Below, piece by piece: positions 61,612 through 64,000 of a DNA stretch of 64,000 bases. The notes below the pieces were generated by a model, which saw only the letters and a program-made list of their open reading frames with translations, did not search any database and was not told where the DNA came from. The stretch lies in NCBI RefSeq assembly GCF_006345805.1, contig NC_043013.1:23312001-23376000 (forward strand). The letters are read 5' to 3'. The translations under genes and the position numbers were made by a program. Every line of letters begins with the position of its first letter. The first letter of the stretch is position 1. Origin of the DNA: Octopus sinensis. Taxonomy: Eukaryota.

Positions 61612-61859
61612 TGGAGTAAAGATTATTTGCCAACATAACATGGCAGTCCTGGTTTAGGATGAATGTTGCTGTAATTTAGCCCTAGGAGACATCGTCTCCA
61701 GCTGGCTATACAACACGATCTGTGTCCTTGTTTGAAAATATAAGGACACAGATCGTGTTGTATAGCCAGCTGGAGACGATGTCTCCTGGGGCTAAATTAC
61801 AGCAATGTTTGTCTTAAACCCGGACTGCCATGTTTTGTTGGCCAAAGATCTTTACTCCA
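61612..61859. mobile_element. Fold-back (almost fully palindromic) MITE
   Basis: TGGAGTAAAGAT ... ATCTTTACTCCA ends, with inner arms perfectly complementary over about 45 bp around a 12-nt loop. A left-arm fragment recurs near 41772-41832. Confidence 0.9.
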
Positions 61860-63773
61860 TAACATCTAACGTATCATTTCTTTTACTTAAGGTGTAGTGA
61901 TTAGGAACAATTTGTCTGCTATTTCTAGATGGCCAAATGGCTACTTTACTATTCTATTAGCAAATTTCAGTCTGAGTTTGTGGCCATGCTAGGGCACCAA
62001 ATATTCCCTTGGTGACGGCAGTAGCTGTGAAAAGGAATTAAGCAAAGTGATGAATATAGCATTAAGGACTGATTGAAAACAAGCAAATTTCTGATTGATT
62101 CATTTCCCACCCACCACAATATATTAAAGGGACACAATACTCAGGGGACAGAGGGGACTATTCTTTTTCTTTTTTTTCTTTTTGCACATCTTGAATAGTG
62201 TTGGCTTAGTGTTATTTATGGCTGCATGTAGGTGTCAGCAGGATGTTTCTGAATTCATTTGCTGCAAACTAATGCAAACACTGTTTTACTTACCACATGC
62301 ACAACAAACTACACAGGCACAGAGTATTTAAAGCACAGGTAAGCCACCCTCACCACCCCGAAGTAGATGCATGTAAATACATGTGTGTGTGTGTGTGTGT
62401 GTGGGGGGGGGGGAGACAGACATATTTGAGAATATGTGTGAATGTGTGTGTGTGTGCTTCTGACTGGGCTTGAATGTGTGTGAATGTAATAGTTTGTTGG
62501 TACTGTGTATCTGTTCTTTATACACACACACACACATATGTGCTTGAATATAAGTATGTATGCATGTGTGTGTACACACACACACATACATAAGAAGAAA
62601 TGTAATTCACTTGCAGATAGCATCACGCCTCCTCCTCCTCCTCTTCCTCTCCCACTTTTGTCACAAAAGTAAGAAACTGAACAGATGACTTGTGTGTTCT
62701 AAGCTTGAGTTGTTGTTATTATTGTTGTTGTTGCTAATTGTGGTAGTGGTGGTGGTGGTGGTGGTGGTTGGTTAGCTTGCATACTGGTTAGATGGCTGGC
62801 TGGCTGGCTGGTCGGTCGGTTTGTTGGTTTAGGATAATGAATTCACTGAAGAAGAAAAAATAAAAAACATTCTTAGTCACATTCAAAACTGGTACCATTG
62901 CAAAGCTACGAAAATAAGTTTCACACATTATCTCTCTCTCTCTCTGTTATTTGTTGTTGTCTATTTTTGGTGGGGATGGTGATGGTGGTGGACACGATCC
63001 CTCTCCTCCTTTGATTTGATCCTCCTCTCAAGCTGCCTTTTTTTCTCCCCACCCCATCCCACCCCCACTTTCCTCCCTCTCACTCCTACTCTCTACTCCT
63101 CTTTTTTCCTCCTTCTGTCTCCCCTCCCTCTCACTGCATGTTTTCTTTTCTCTTCTCCTCCCCTCACTTTATAATTCCCCACCATCACCACCCAACCGCT
63201 CTCTCTCTCTCCTCGTTACACCACTTTACTCCTTCCCTTTCTGCCACTCACCTCTGTCCACTGTACAAAGGAATGTCGTTTTAGACCAACAAAAACAGTT
63301 GCTGCCAGTTAAAAACTCTCTCTCTTCTCCTTCGTTCTCTGTTCAGAGACAGCTGACTTTGCCAGTCAAGAGGAGGACCACAGCTAGAAATAGTTTCACT
63401 AAAGTTTTTTTCGCTACCTCTCCGTCCTCTCTCTCTGTACTAATGCTATTTCATTGGAGATTGTTATTACCAGACATGAAGAATGATTGGGAAAATTTTA
63501 CCAAGAAGGTCAGAATGCATTATTATTATTGTTATCATTTTCAGATGGCTTCGTTCTTATTGCCGTTTTTTTTTTACCGTACGGCTAAGAAGAGCAGCTC
63601 TGAGTGTGATTATTATTCTTATTATCTCTAAGTATTCCTCGATTGAAAAGTAGCGCCAGGAATTCCTTTTATTCAAAAGCAATTGGGTCTGTGTTGAAAG
63701 AAAAACAAACTTTTATAAACTTGTTCAAAGTTAACATGTTGTCCAAGGATGCCCTCACGGTATTTAGTGATCC

Positions 63774-63810
<37 letters not shown>

Positions 63811-64000
63811 GTGGTGGTTTTAGAATTATTGGTGCATCATGTGAAATGCTTAGCACCAATTTTTTTTGCCCCCAGCTCTTTGTGTTTAAAACCTGGTTGA
63901 GCACTTCACTTACCTTTCCCCTAAAATTACTGAAAATTCGGTAACATTTGAATATTATTATGAAGGTAAGCGAGTTTGCAGAACCGTTAGCACACTGGGT

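Overview
AT-rich, microsatellite-rich animal genomic DNA. The repeat families resemble those of Octopus (coleoid cephalopod); this is inference from family resemblance. No CRISPR array, rRNA or tRNA gene was seen. The left end holds the last two coding exons of a CHD7/kismet-family chromatin remodeller on the + strand (a BRK-domain exon, then a long low-complexity terminal exon ending at 5888). Converging on it tail-to-tail is a probable small multi-exon gene on the - strand (about 11.7-27.9 kb) that the ORF track misses and that I cannot name. One of its introns holds a nested retroelement stack: a HERO-like RLE 3' fragment, then an L1/Tx1-type LINE. That LINE has a SINE and a 9-bp-TSD MITE inside ORF1, lacks the APE endonuclease, and is followed just after its A-rich tail by a hammerhead-like motif. 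The rest is mostly SINEs, truncated RTE, R4 and mariner relics, MITEs and simple repeats. Exon-like segments between 36 and 64 kb could not be assembled into a confident gene model. All exon calls other than CHD7/kismet were made by eye and need RNA evidence. I found no new biological system I can firmly support; the best leads are the unnamed gene and the hammerhead-like motifs.
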